Made by a program: the position numbers and the translations under genes. Under the pieces are notes generated by a model. It did not search any database and was not told the DNA's origin. It worked only from the letters and a program-made list of their open reading frames with translations. A stretch of 64,000 nt of DNA from Puniceicoccaceae bacterium. Its GTDB lineage: Bacteria > Verrucomicrobiota > Verrucomicrobiia > Opitutales > Oceanipulchritudinaceae. The stretch is from assembly GCA_040830765.1 (NCBI GenBank), contig JBFOMH010000020.1:1-64000 (forward strand), read 5' to 3'. Shown piece by piece: positions 9,325 through 19,200 of this stretch. Position 1 is the first letter of the stretch; every line of letters starts with the position of its first letter.

Positions 9325-10323
9325 TTAACTGATGGAGGGGAATCCATCCGTCCTGATTTCCCGGCCGTCTTTGGTCACAAAGACCGCTTCGACTCCGGGG
9401 CGTTCCTCGATCATGGCCCTGCCTTTATCCAGTCCCAGGAGGAAGACGGCGGTGGACAGGGCATCCGCCTGCATGGCGGAATCGGCTATTACTGAAACAC
9501 TGGAAAGTTCTTCGGGGGAATACCCGGTTTGCGGGTCCAGGAGGTGGTGATGGCGGTAATCCTCACTAAACCGGGTTTCGTAGTCGCCGGAGGTGGCAAG
9601 GCACATCCCTTTCAGCGGAGCTACCCCCATAAGGGCCTCTTGTTCGCGCGGGTGCTTGATGCCAACGGACCAGCTGTCCTTTTCCGCATGGGTGCCAATG
9701 GCTCCAAATTCTCCGGTGTCAATCAAGGCACTTTCCACCCCATGGGCCTTGAGTACCGCCGCAACGCGGTCTGCGGCGAAGCCTTGGGCTATGCCATTCA
9801 ATGACACCGCCTGACCACTTCTGCCTAATTGGACTTTTTCCCGGGAAATCGTCAACTGGCGGTAATCAACAAGGGCCAGGGCTTTCTCAATTTCTTCCGC
9901 AGTAGCGACCGTTCCTTTCTGGGAGTGCTCGAAATGAAGCCTCCAAAGCGGCTGGATTGTCACATCAAAAGCACCATTTGTAGCGCTGGAAAGGTTCCGG
10001 GAAGTCTCGAGCACCTCGACCAGGTAGGCATGTGGGTTGCTGAGGCTACCAGCCTTGTTCAGTTGGCTGATCTGGCTTTCCGGACGGTAAAGGCTCATGA
10101 TGTCCTCTACCTTGTCGAGTTCGGCGAAGGCGGCATCCAGGGCCGCGTTGGCTTCCTTTTCATCGGGATGGAAGACCGTCAGCGAAACCTGCGTTCCCAA
10201 GGCGAATCCCTTGCGGGACACCTTGACCATATGGGAAGGGACACCGGGTCTGCTCAAGCGCAGTCCAGCCAGGCCTGCCGCGGCTGTTCCGGCGAGGCAG
10301 AATATGAATGTGCGACGTTTCAT
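9325..10323 (-). CDS. apbE: FAD:protein FMN transferase (ApbE/NosX/RnfF family)
   Basis: GAFDVTI, LNGIAQGFAAD, LATSGDYE, HHLLDP.TG, ADALSTA. Start taken as MKRRTF at 10323. Confidence 0.93.
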   Translation of the reverse strand: MKRRTFIFCLAGTAAAGLAGLRLSRPGVPSHMVKVSRKGFALGTQVSLTVFHPDEKEANAALDAAFAELDKVEDIMSLYRPESQISQLNKAGSLSNPHAYLVEVLETSRNLSSATNGAFDVTIQPLWRLHFEHSQKGTVATAEEIEKALALVDYRQLTISREKVQLGRSGQAVSLNGIAQGFAADRVAAVLKAHGVESALIDTGEFGAIGTHAEKDSWSVGIKHPREQEALMGVAPLKGMCLATSGDYETRFSEDYRHHHLLDPQTGYSPEELSSVSVIADSAMQADALSTAVFLLGLDKGRAMIEERPGVEAVFVTKDGREIRTDGFPSIS

Positions 10324-10608
10324 GGATAGTATAAAAGCCAGCTGAAACCCCGCCCGGCAATCAATCAAATCAATTGCCGGGTTTTCTGTGCATAAATGGA
10401 GGGGGAAGTATGCATTTGGGGGATTAGCTGTTATAAGTTTTTCTAAATAAGGCCGGTTATCCGTCAAGAAAAACTTATACGTGTGAGTAACTTTCCTGTG
10501 TATAAGGCGGAGACCTTTCCATAAGAGGATGATCGATCCTCTTGACAAGAGACCTAATCCTAGGGAATTTCACCGTTTTCCCGATTTTAAACACAAATTC
10601 TTCCCCAC

Positions 10609-11376
10609 ATGATTAGTCTAAAAATCCGCTTATTGATCTCAGCAGCGGGGATTTCGGCCGTATTGGCGGCGCCATCTTTTGCATCCCTTCTGGACGATAC
10701 TACCAACACCCTTGAGCAATGGGTGGAAACCGAACGTCAAATCAGTGTCTCTCAGGCTGAATGGGAGACGGAGAAAGCATCCATTGAGAACCTCATCTCC
10801 ATATATACCGAGGAGATTGAATCCTTAACCGGTATCATCGAGGCTGCTGAAAGTGACACCAGCGCAGCGGAAACGCGCCGGGCCGAGCTTCTGGAGCAGG
10901 ATGAGTCTGTCAAAGCCCTGGAGGCACAACTCGTTGATGCCCTGATCAAGACCGAGATCAACATCAAGAGCCTGGAGGCAACCCTGCCACCACCTTTGCA
11001 GGAGGAATTGAGCCCGCTCTTCAAGAGCCTGCCCGAGGATCCCGCCACTTCCAAGCTCGCCATTGGCCAGCGGATTCAGCCGATCGTCGCGATCCTGACC
11101 CAGGTCCAGAAGTTCAACCAGGTGGTTACGGTCGTGGAAGGGTTTCGGGAGTTCGAGGCCGGGAGTACGGTCCAAACCGAAATGGTCTATTTTGGGTTGG
11201 GAGCAGCCTTCTATGTTGATCAGGCGAACGAGCATGCCGGAGTAGCTGTCCCCGGACCGGATGGCTGGACCTGGAAGGATGATGATACCCTGGCTTCCAC
11301 CGTGCGGGCCTTCATCGACATTTACCGCGGGACCCAGCAGGCCCGGTATATTGAAATTCCGGTCTCTGTGAACTGA
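10609..11376 (+). CDS. DUF3450/TtpB-like secreted coiled-coil TonB-system accessory protein
   Basis: Signal peptide, coiled-coil, C-terminal 'YFGLG...W.W' region; first gene of an exbB/exbD/tonB operon. Confidence 0.75.
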   Translation: MISLKIRLLISAAGISAVLAAPSFASLLDDTTNTLEQWVETERQISVSQAEWETEKASIENLISIYTEEIESLTGIIEAAESDTSAAETRRAELLEQDESVKALEAQLVDALIKTEINIKSLEATLPPPLQEELSPLFKSLPEDPATSKLAIGQRIQPIVAILTQVQKFNQVVTVVEGFREFEAGSTVQTEMVYFGLGAAFYVDQANEHAGVAVPGPDGWTWKDDDTLASTVRAFIDIYRGTQQARYIEIPVSVN

Positions 11377-11417
11377 AGCAACGGCTGTTGACGAGAAACT
11401 TTCCACAAAGGATTCCT

Positions 11418-12833
11418 GTGAAAAATTTAATCCGACTTTCATTTATCTTATTCGCCCCCTTGCTCCTCAATGGAGTTACCATGGACGAGGCCAACGCCAG
11501 TGCGAAGGCTGACCTCGATGACGCCCTGAAGCGCTTTGCCGATTTGCAGGAAAGCATCAAGGAAGAGAAGATTCCCCTGTCCAAGACCTTGAACGAGCTG
11601 AAATCCGAACTGCGGGAAAAGCGGCGCGAAGCGCAGCGGGCCCAGCGGTTCAAGGACAACAGCACGGTCGACTTGAATTCCCTGCAGGACCGGGTAGTCA
11701 AGCGCCGTGAGCAGCTGGACTATGTTGCCAACCTGGTGGCGGACTACGGGGAACGGTTTGAGCGGGACATCGCGCTTCCCGAGCAGCAGTTATACAGTTC
11801 GCAAATCGAGGCCTTCCGGGCCGCCGCTGATTCGCCGCTCGCTGATGAGCAGCTCGGCAAGGCGATGCGCCTACTGGAACAGGTTTTCATCCTCAACACT
11901 TCCATTGATCGCTTCAAGGGAGTCGTAGGGGGACAGATTTTTGATGGAAACGCTGTGGTTTCCGACGGCGAAGTGGAAAGTGGAAAGTTTCTTCTTCTCG
12001 GCCCAACCAATTACTTCGCCAGCTCTGTCAGCGAAGAGTCAGGGGTTACCGTCAAGTCCGGACTCCTCCCCCCCGTCATCAGTATTGATGATGATCTTAA
12101 CCAGCTGATCCGCGATACGATCCAGTCAGGCTCGGGTGACATACCCCTGGACCCGTCCCTCGGAAGTGCCCTAGCGATCGCCGCCCAGGATGAAACGGTC
12201 TGGGAACACATCCAAAAGGGTGGCATCTGGATCTGGCCCATTCTTTTCTTCGCTTTCCTGGCGACAATCACTGCCATCTTCAAGGCCTTCGAAATTTACC
12301 GGGTCAAGATGCCCCGGCCGGGTTCCCTGCATGATATCCTGAAGGCCATTAATGAAGGCGATTCAGCGCAGGCCCTTGAACTGGCCAAGGCTGTTGAAGG
12401 TCCTGCACGGGACATGCTGGTCGACGCGGTCGAGCATAGTGACGAAAGCAAGGAGCTGGTTGAGGAAGTCATGTATGAGCGAATGCTTGAGGTGCAGCCC
12501 AAGCTGGAGCGACTACTGCCTTTTATTGCAGTCACCGCTGCCACAGCCCCTCTGATGGGTCTTTTGGGTACCGTCACCGGTATGATCAATACCTTCAAGT
12601 TGATCACCATTTTCGGCACGGGTGATGCCAAGCAGCTTTCCAGTGGTATTTCTGAAGCCCTTGTCACCACGGAGTTTGGTCTCATTGTGGCGATTCCCTC
12701 GCTCATCATGCACGCCTTGCTCAATCGTCGTGCCCAGGGAGTGATGGCAAACATGGAACGGATGGCGGTGGCCTTCGTCAATGGCCTTGCGGTCTCCAAG
12801 TCTTCCCAGCCTGCTTCAGCAGATGAAGGCTGA
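11418..12833 (+). CDS. Large MotA/TolQ/ExbB protein with periplasmic N-terminal domain (TtpC-like)
   Basis: Signal peptide and coiled-coil, then [14 protein letters not shown] and GISEALVTT. Start uncertain (11388 or 11418). Confidence 0.88.
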   Translation: MKNLIRLSFILFAPLLLNGVTMDEANASAKADLDDALKRFADLQESIKEEKIPLSKTLNELKSELREKRREAQRAQRFKDNSTVDLNSLQDRVVKRREQLDYVANLVADYGERFERDIALPEQQLYSSQIEAFRAAADSPLADEQLGKAMRLLEQVFILNTSIDRFKGVVGGQIFDGNAVVSDGEVESGKFLLLGPTNYFASSVSEESGVTVKSGLLPPVISIDDDLNQLIRDTIQSGSGDIPLDPSLGSALAIAAQDETVWEHIQKGGIWIWPILFFAFLATITAIFKAFEIYRVKMPRPGSLHDILKAINEGDSAQALELAKAVEGPARDMLVDAVEHSDESKELVEEVMYERMLEVQPKLERLLPFIAVTAATAPLMGLLGTVTGMINTFKLITIFGTGDAKQLSSGISEALVTTEFGLIVAIPSLIMHALLNRRAQGVMANMERMAVAFVNGLAVSKSSQPASADEG

Positions 12834-12886
12834 CCGGGAGTCCGGAGCACCGGTACTTTCGTGACCCGCCAACTGGAGTAACGACC

Positions 12887-13516
12887 TTGCAATCGATCTG
12901 GCAACAATTTCAAACGGAGTTCATGACTATCCTCACGGACGGGGGGATGCTCATGGTGCCACTGACAATTCTGGCCCTGACGATCTACTGGACTGCCTTC
13001 AAGTTGTACTTCTTCTTCTCGGAGCATCCGTTTTACAAGATCAACCGCAGCCAGTTGGTGGAATATGTTTTCAATCCCATTCTGGCCTCCGGGGAAATTC
13101 GTTCCGTGCTGGACTACACTCAGCACAAGGCGGTGGAAACAGTACCACAAGTGCAATCCCGTTTCGCCGAGGTGCTGAATGCCTATCTTGCTGAAGTGGA
13201 TAGCAAACGCGGTTATCTCCTGATCCTGATTACGACAGCTCCATTGATGGGGCTGCTGGGAACGGTCATGGGAATGTTGACCACATTCAGCGGCCTGGCC
13301 ATCAGCACTGGTGGCAGCACGGTGGACCAGATTGCCGACGGTATCTCCGAGGCACTCATTACAACCCAGACCGGGCTTATCATCGCCATTCCGGCCTACG
13401 TCATGGCGACCATGATCCAAAAGCGACGCAACGAGATGGAGGCGTGCCTTTCCACCATGGAGGCCCTCACCGTTCAACTATACGAAAAGAACAGCAAACC
13501 GGATATCAATTCATGA
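12887..13516 (+). CDS. exbB: ExbB/TolQ proton channel protein
   Basis: [13 protein letters not shown] and [13 protein letters not shown]. Confidence 0.9.
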   Translation: MQSIWQQFQTEFMTILTDGGMLMVPLTILALTIYWTAFKLYFFFSEHPFYKINRSQLVEYVFNPILASGEIRSVLDYTQHKAVETVPQVQSRFAEVLNAYLAEVDSKRGYLLILITTAPLMGLLGTVMGMLTTFSGLAISTGGSTVDQIADGISEALITTQTGLIIAIPAYVMATMIQKRRNEMEACLSTMEALTVQLYEKNSKPDINS

Positions 13517-13923
13517 AACGCAGACGGGTATTTTCAGCAAACAGGGGAGCGACCGAGGACATCAACATCTCGCCGCTCATCGACATGGTCTTCATCCTCC
13601 TGATTTTCTTCATTGTCACGACAGTATTCGTCGAGGAAACAGGGGTCGAAGTGACCAAACCGCAGGCTGCCTCCCAGATCCAGTTGGAGAAAAACAGCAT
13701 CCTGATCGCCATCACCGCAAACAACAATGTCGTCTATGGGGGACGGGACATCGGAGTCAACGGTGTCCGGGGTGTCGTCAAGCGCTTGGTCCAGGATGAC
13801 CCGCGGATGCCGGTCATCATACAAGCCGATGAAAACGTGCCCACCCGCATCCTGGTCCGGGTTATTGACGAGGCCAAGCTCGCCGGGGCCAACTCTGTTA
13901 ATATTTCGACTGAAGAGGGCTAA
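13513..13923 (+). CDS. exbD: ExbD/TolR
   Basis: [31 protein letters not shown] overlap with exbB. Confidence 0.93.
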   Translation: MKRRRVFSANRGATEDINISPLIDMVFILLIFFIVTTVFVEETGVEVTKPQAASQIQLEKNSILIAITANNNVVYGGRDIGVNGVRGVVKRLVQDDPRMPVIIQADENVPTRILVRVIDEAKLAGANSVNISTEEG

Positions 13924-14597
13924 TGCCAAACGGAAACAACAGGCTGGTCGGCTACAAGGTACCCCGATCCAACAAGTACGTCATCCGGATCGTCATCGCG
14001 ACGATTATCATGACGCTGGCCATCCTTGCCATCCTGCCCTTTACCCAGGCCCTTTCGGGTGATCCGCGTGACCGCAACCTGCGTTCCGTCGATGTTGCCA
14101 ACTTGCCACCCCCCGAGCCGCCTCCCCCGGAGCCTCCGCCTCCGCCGGAGGAAGAGGAGGAAGAGGAAATCGAGGATTTTGAAGAGCCGCCTCCGCCGCT
14201 GGACCTCTCGCAACTGGAAGCCGCCCTCAATCCCGGCACCGGGAACGCCATGGCGGGTGCCTTCGGGTTCGGTGGATTTGCCGTCCGTCCGGATTCCCTC
14301 TCCGAGATGCAGATTTTCGAGATCAAGGACCTCGACAGCCGTCCCAAGCGCCTCAAGGCAGTGGCGCCGGTTTATCCAATGGAACTGCAGCGGGCTGGTA
14401 TCGAGGGGACGGTCCGGGTGCGAATCCTGATCGACCAAGCCGGCTCGGTCCGGGTTCTCGAATTTGTCGATGTTGTCGACCGGCGCTTTATTGAGCCGGT
14501 CACCGACGCTGTTGAACGGTGGCAGTTTGAAGCACCGATGAAGGACGGCAAGCCGGTCCAGGCGGCCTACATTCTACCCTTACCCTTTCAATTGTAA
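13923..14597 (+). CDS. tonB: Energy transducer TonB
   Basis: N-terminal TM, Pro/Glu-rich linker, C-terminal PVYP..GIEG.V..W.F.P TonB_C domain. Confidence 0.92.
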   Translation: MPNGNNRLVGYKVPRSNKYVIRIVIATIIMTLAILAILPFTQALSGDPRDRNLRSVDVANLPPPEPPPPEPPPPPEEEEEEEIEDFEEPPPPLDLSQLEAALNPGTGNAMAGAFGFGGFAVRPDSLSEMQIFEIKDLDSRPKRLKAVAPVYPMELQRAGIEGTVRVRILIDQAGSVRVLEFVDVVDRRFIEPVTDAVERWQFEAPMKDGKPVQAAYILPLPFQL

Positions 14598-14615
14598 TTC
14601 CCACACCCAATCAGC

Positions 14616-15989
14616 ATGAAAAAGTTAATCAGCATGATTCTCGGTATCTGTGTCCTCACGCCGCTAACCGGCATGGCCACGGTTCTTCCCTTGTCTTCCA
14701 ACAGCTGGGATAATCCTCAATTCGTCAATCGCTTCCTCGGGACCTATGGTGTCGACAGCAAAAAGGAGCCCCAGATTACCGAAGAGGAGAGCACGATCCT
14801 CCAGGAGGTCATTGATGCTGCCCGGGCTGAAAACTACACCGGCTCCCTGGCCATCGTCATGGAAAGCGGGATCAAGGCCGACAATTCGCATAGTCCGGCT
14901 TTCGACTTCATCGCCGGTAACTTGAATTTCCAACTCGGCAACCTTGACGCGGCAGTGGTCAACTACAAGGCCGCCATTGAGCGCTTTCCCGAATTTCGCC
15001 GGGCCTATGAAAATCTCGGCCGCCTCAGCCTGCAGCAGGGTGATTATGACGCAGCTGTTGAGTACATCACCGCCGCCATGGAGTTAGGCAGCACCTCCAG
15101 CGACCTCTACGGGCTGCTTGGATTCTGTTACTTGAACGCTGGACACCCGCTTTCAGCGCTTGACGCCTACCGTCTGGCTTCCGCTCTTGATCCTGACAAC
15201 AAGGACTGGAAAGTGGGCAAGGCGCAGGCCCTCCTGATGACCGAACAGTTTGCCAGTGCCGCCGCCTTGTTCCGCGAGCTTCTGGAGGAGGACCCTGCCA
15301 ACGACCGGTACTTGACCGCGTTGTCCAATTGCCATCTGGGCCTTGGGGACCATGTTTCGTCCTCCCGCATCCTTGAGATTCTTCGGCGGATGGGTAAAGC
15401 GGATGGAAATGCGCTCCGCCTCCTGGGGGACATCTACCTTAACGAAAACATGCCGGACCTGGCTCTCGGACCTTACCTTGAGGCCAGGACAGCCAGCAAG
15501 CCCCTCAATCTGGAGACTCAGGTCAAGATAGCCGGTATTCTTGCCGCCCGTGACGGGACCGAGCAGGCCGAGGAACTGGTTGAGCGAATTGAGGCTGATG
15601 CCTCCGAGATGGACGATGCCCTGAAGCTCGACTTCCTCCTCGTCAAGGCGAGCCTGGCCCAGAGTGGAGGAGATTTGGATACCGCCGCCGAAATCCTTGA
15701 GGATATCCTCAAATTGGACCCGGTTTATGGTCCCGGACTGCTTCAGTTGGGCCGGATGAATTACGACAAGGGAGAATTTGAGGAATCCATCTTCTACTTC
15801 GAACGGGCTACAGCTATCAAATCGATTGAAGGAGAGGCTCTCATTGCGCTCGCCCGGGCCCATGTTGCCATGCGCAACTACACCGATGCAGCCCGCTACC
15901 TGCGCCGTTCCGTGGCCCTCAATCCGAACGAAAATGTCCGCAATTACCTCGATGCCGTTGTCAGGGCAGGGGAGCGACAGAATTTCTAA
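14616..15989 (+). CDS. Secreted TPR-repeat protein (TtpD-like)
   Basis: Signal peptide and many TPR-like helical repeats; last gene of the tonB operon. Confidence 0.85.
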   Translation: MKKLISMILGICVLTPLTGMATVLPLSSNSWDNPQFVNRFLGTYGVDSKKEPQITEEESTILQEVIDAARAENYTGSLAIVMESGIKADNSHSPAFDFIAGNLNFQLGNLDAAVVNYKAAIERFPEFRRAYENLGRLSLQQGDYDAAVEYITAAMELGSTSSDLYGLLGFCYLNAGHPLSALDAYRLASALDPDNKDWKVGKAQALLMTEQFASAAALFRELLEEDPANDRYLTALSNCHLGLGDHVSSSRILEILRRMGKADGNALRLLGDIYLNENMPDLALGPYLEARTASKPLNLETQVKIAGILAARDGTEQAEELVERIEADASEMDDALKLDFLLVKASLAQSGGDLDTAAEILEDILKLDPVYGPGLLQLGRMNYDKGEFEESIFYFERATAIKSIEGEALIALARAHVAMRNYTDAARYLRRSVALNPNENVRNYLDAVVRAGERQNF

Positions 15990-15997
15990 TAGGCGGT

Positions 15998-16024
15998 TTC
16001 CCTTATAAATAAGGGGGTCTTTTT
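15998..16024 (+). terminator. Possible weak intrinsic terminator after the TPR gene
   Basis: CCCTTA-TAAA-TAAGGG stem followed by GGTCTTTTT. Confidence 0.35.
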
Positions 16025-16236
16025 GCAGGTATTCCCCTACTCAAAGCGGCGTTAGGTTGCATCGATTGCACCCTCATGCGGCCGTCAATCCCGCTTAAAT
16101 AAAGGGATTCGACCCGCGACACTCCACTTTTGGAAATGTTCAAAATTTCCACATTTTTCTTGATAGTAGGAGAACCTTAGATCAATATCCCGCCTGTTTG
16201 TAAGTGCATTAACCACTTCATAATAGGAATACATAC

Positions 16237-19200
16237 ATGAATAAACACATTAACCAAATTACTCGTTGGCTTGCTGTGGGCTCCGTTATCGCGGGCATCA
16301 CACTGGCTACATCTGTTGGTTTTGCCCAGGAAGAGGATGAAGAGCTGGAAGCTTTTATCATTACCGGTTCCCTCATCCCGCAAAGCCAGACTGCGTTCGA
16401 GGCTGGTGCCCTGCCCGTTTCGTTGTTCAGTCGCGAGGATATCGACCGGACTGGTTTCACCAGCACCGCCGAGATTCTTCAGGACTTGAACGTCAATAAC
16501 GGTGCCAGTGTGCCGATCTCCAACAATGCCACAGGTTTCACGCCGGCCGCCTCCTCCGTTTCCCTCCGTGGTCTCGGTCCGGAAGCGACCCTCGTCCTGA
16601 TTGATGGCCTGCGCATCGCCCCGTACCCGACCGGTACTGGCGGTACGACTGCCTTCATCGACCTGAATTCCATTCCGTTGGCTGCCATTGAGAGCTTTGA
16701 AGTTCTCAAGGACGGTGCTTCCGCCACTTATGGTGCGGACGCTGTTGCCGGGGTTATCAACCTCATCCTGACGGACGAATTCGTTGGTGCGGAAACCCGC
16801 ATGCAGTACGGTAACACCACCGCCAGCACGGACTCCTCCGAGTTCATCCTGAGCGGCGTTGTCGGTTCCGTCACGGACCGCACAAAAATGGTTGCCGGAT
16901 TCAACTACTACAGCCGGAAGGCCATCTTCAACAAGGACCGCAAGTTCTCGGAAGTTCCTCCGTTCCTATCCACCAATTCCAGCCCGCTGAACATCACGAT
17001 TTCGCAGGCTGCTTATGATGAGTCGGTTGGAAACGCGGTTGACCCGACAAGTGCCGGCCAGATTGAAATCACTTCTGGTCCCAGTGCCGCCGACCTGACC
17101 CCTCTCCCGGGTTACGAAATCGGTACCATCAACAATAACGGTAATGTTCCTGCTGAAGATTACACCGTTGTTGACCCGAGCCTTGGCAAGACCTTTGCCG
17201 GTTCGCACTTCAACTACAACCTGACTTCCGGTTCTTACCCGGAAATCAAGCGCTACGGTGCTTTCATGAAGTTCGAGCACGACATCAACGGTCTCGACAA
17301 GCTCAAGCTCTTCGGGGATGCGCTTTACCAGCACACCTTCTCCCGTAGTGAGTTGGCTCCGTCCGCTACCGGTAACTTCTTTGACCCGGGCAGCCAGGCT
17401 CTGATCATTCCGGCACGTACACCGACTCCGTTCATCGTTCGCGGTTCCAACCGTCTGAACAGTGACCTCGGAACGGCCACCGCCAACCCGATCATGGCTC
17501 CGGGCGATGCCGACTACGACGTCGAGCGCCGTATTGTTTCGGACAAGAACGCCTTCAATCCGTTCAATCCGTTCAACCAGGACCTGTCGGACACCTCCCG
17601 TATCCGTCTCTGGGAATTCGGTAATCGTATCTTCCGCACCTACACCAACTCCGGTGTTGGTACGCTGGGTATCGCCGGCAAGGACATCTCCGACAAGTGG
17701 GACTTCAGGACTGGCCTTCGCTACAGCTTCATCGAACAGACCGACCGTAACAACGTCGCCTCCATCACGAACATCAATCGTCTGCTCAACCAGAACGATC
17801 CGATTTTCGATCCGGACAGCAACGAGTACATCGGTTCCACGGTTGCCTTCAACCCGTTTGGTTATTTCCTCAACCCGATCGAGAACAACGACGTTGTCGC
17901 TGAGTTCGCCAAGGTTGAAACCAAGGGTTATGCGGTTTCCGACCTGCTGATGGGCTTCTTCCAGGCCAACACCACGGAACTGCTCGAACTGCCGGCTGGT
18001 GACGTTGGTTTCGCCTTTGGCGCCGACTACCGTGTTGAGTCAGTTGACCAGTCTCCGGACGCCCTCGCCCAGACCGGGTCGCTCATCGGTTCCTCGCCTC
18101 GCGCTGTGACCGACGCTTCCCGCGACATCTGGTCCGTCTATGCTGAAGCCAACATTCCGTTGGTCAGCCCGGAACAGGACGTCACCGGCTTCTACCTCAT
18201 CGACATGAACATTGCTGCCCGTTATGAGCGCTTTGTGACCAGTGGTCGTGACACCTTCGTCCCGAAGGTTGGCGTCCGCGTCATGCCGATCAAGGAACTC
18301 ATGATTCGCGGTTCCTACGGTGAAGGTTTCCGTGAGCCGTCCCTCTTCGAATTGTTCTCCGGTCAGAGCTACGGCTTGAGCACCGTTTACAATCCGTTGA
18401 CCGACACCAGCGAACGTGAAGTCAGTGTATCCAGCTCCGGTAACGTTGAGTTGGCTGCTGAAGATACCACCTCTTACAACATTGGTGTTATCTACACGCC
18501 GACCAACAAGTGGCTCAGCGGCTTCACCTTTGGTGTTGACCTGTGGCGCATTGAGCGTGAAGGCACTGTTTCCCTCAGCTATGAGCGGACTGTCGAGCGT
18601 TTCGTTTCCGGTGACCTGCTCGCCGGTGAAAGCGTTCTCATTGACCCGGCCAGCAACGCGCTGGTACAGGTTAACAGTGTGTTCGCCAATGCTGGCCGCA
18701 CCCGCGTCCAAGGTATCGACTTCGATATCGCCTACGCCCTGCGGACCGAAGATCTGGGTCGTTTCGACTTCCGTGTCGTTGCCACCTGGCTGGACAAGTG
18801 GCTCTTCGCTTCCCAACCGGGAGCTGAGCTCGTCAACTTCGTTGAAGAAGACTCCTCCATTGCTGCCCAGGACGGTTACCTCCGCTGGAAGGCAAACGCT
18901 AGCTTGAGCTGGCTCTACGAAAACCACAAGGCCACCATCCGTGCCCGCTATCGTGACGGTTTCAACGATGGCAAGTACGCTGACCCGGCCAACCTGGATT
19001 TCGCCGCTGTCTTCTTCGAAGTCAAGGACCGCGTCCTCTTCGACGTACAGTATGGTTACACCTTCTTCACCGACAGCGACAGCTGGTTCAAGGACCTGGA
19101 AGTTACTGCTGGTATCCGCAATGTCCTCGACACGGATCCGCCAGAATCCAATGGCTTCCTCTCCAGCTCGACCGGTTACCCGGACTTCCTCTACACTGCT

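Noticed and set aside
17553..17578. Tandem TTCAATCCG repeat in the receptor gene
   Set aside because: Encodes FNPFNPFN in frame; a short protein-level motif, not an array.
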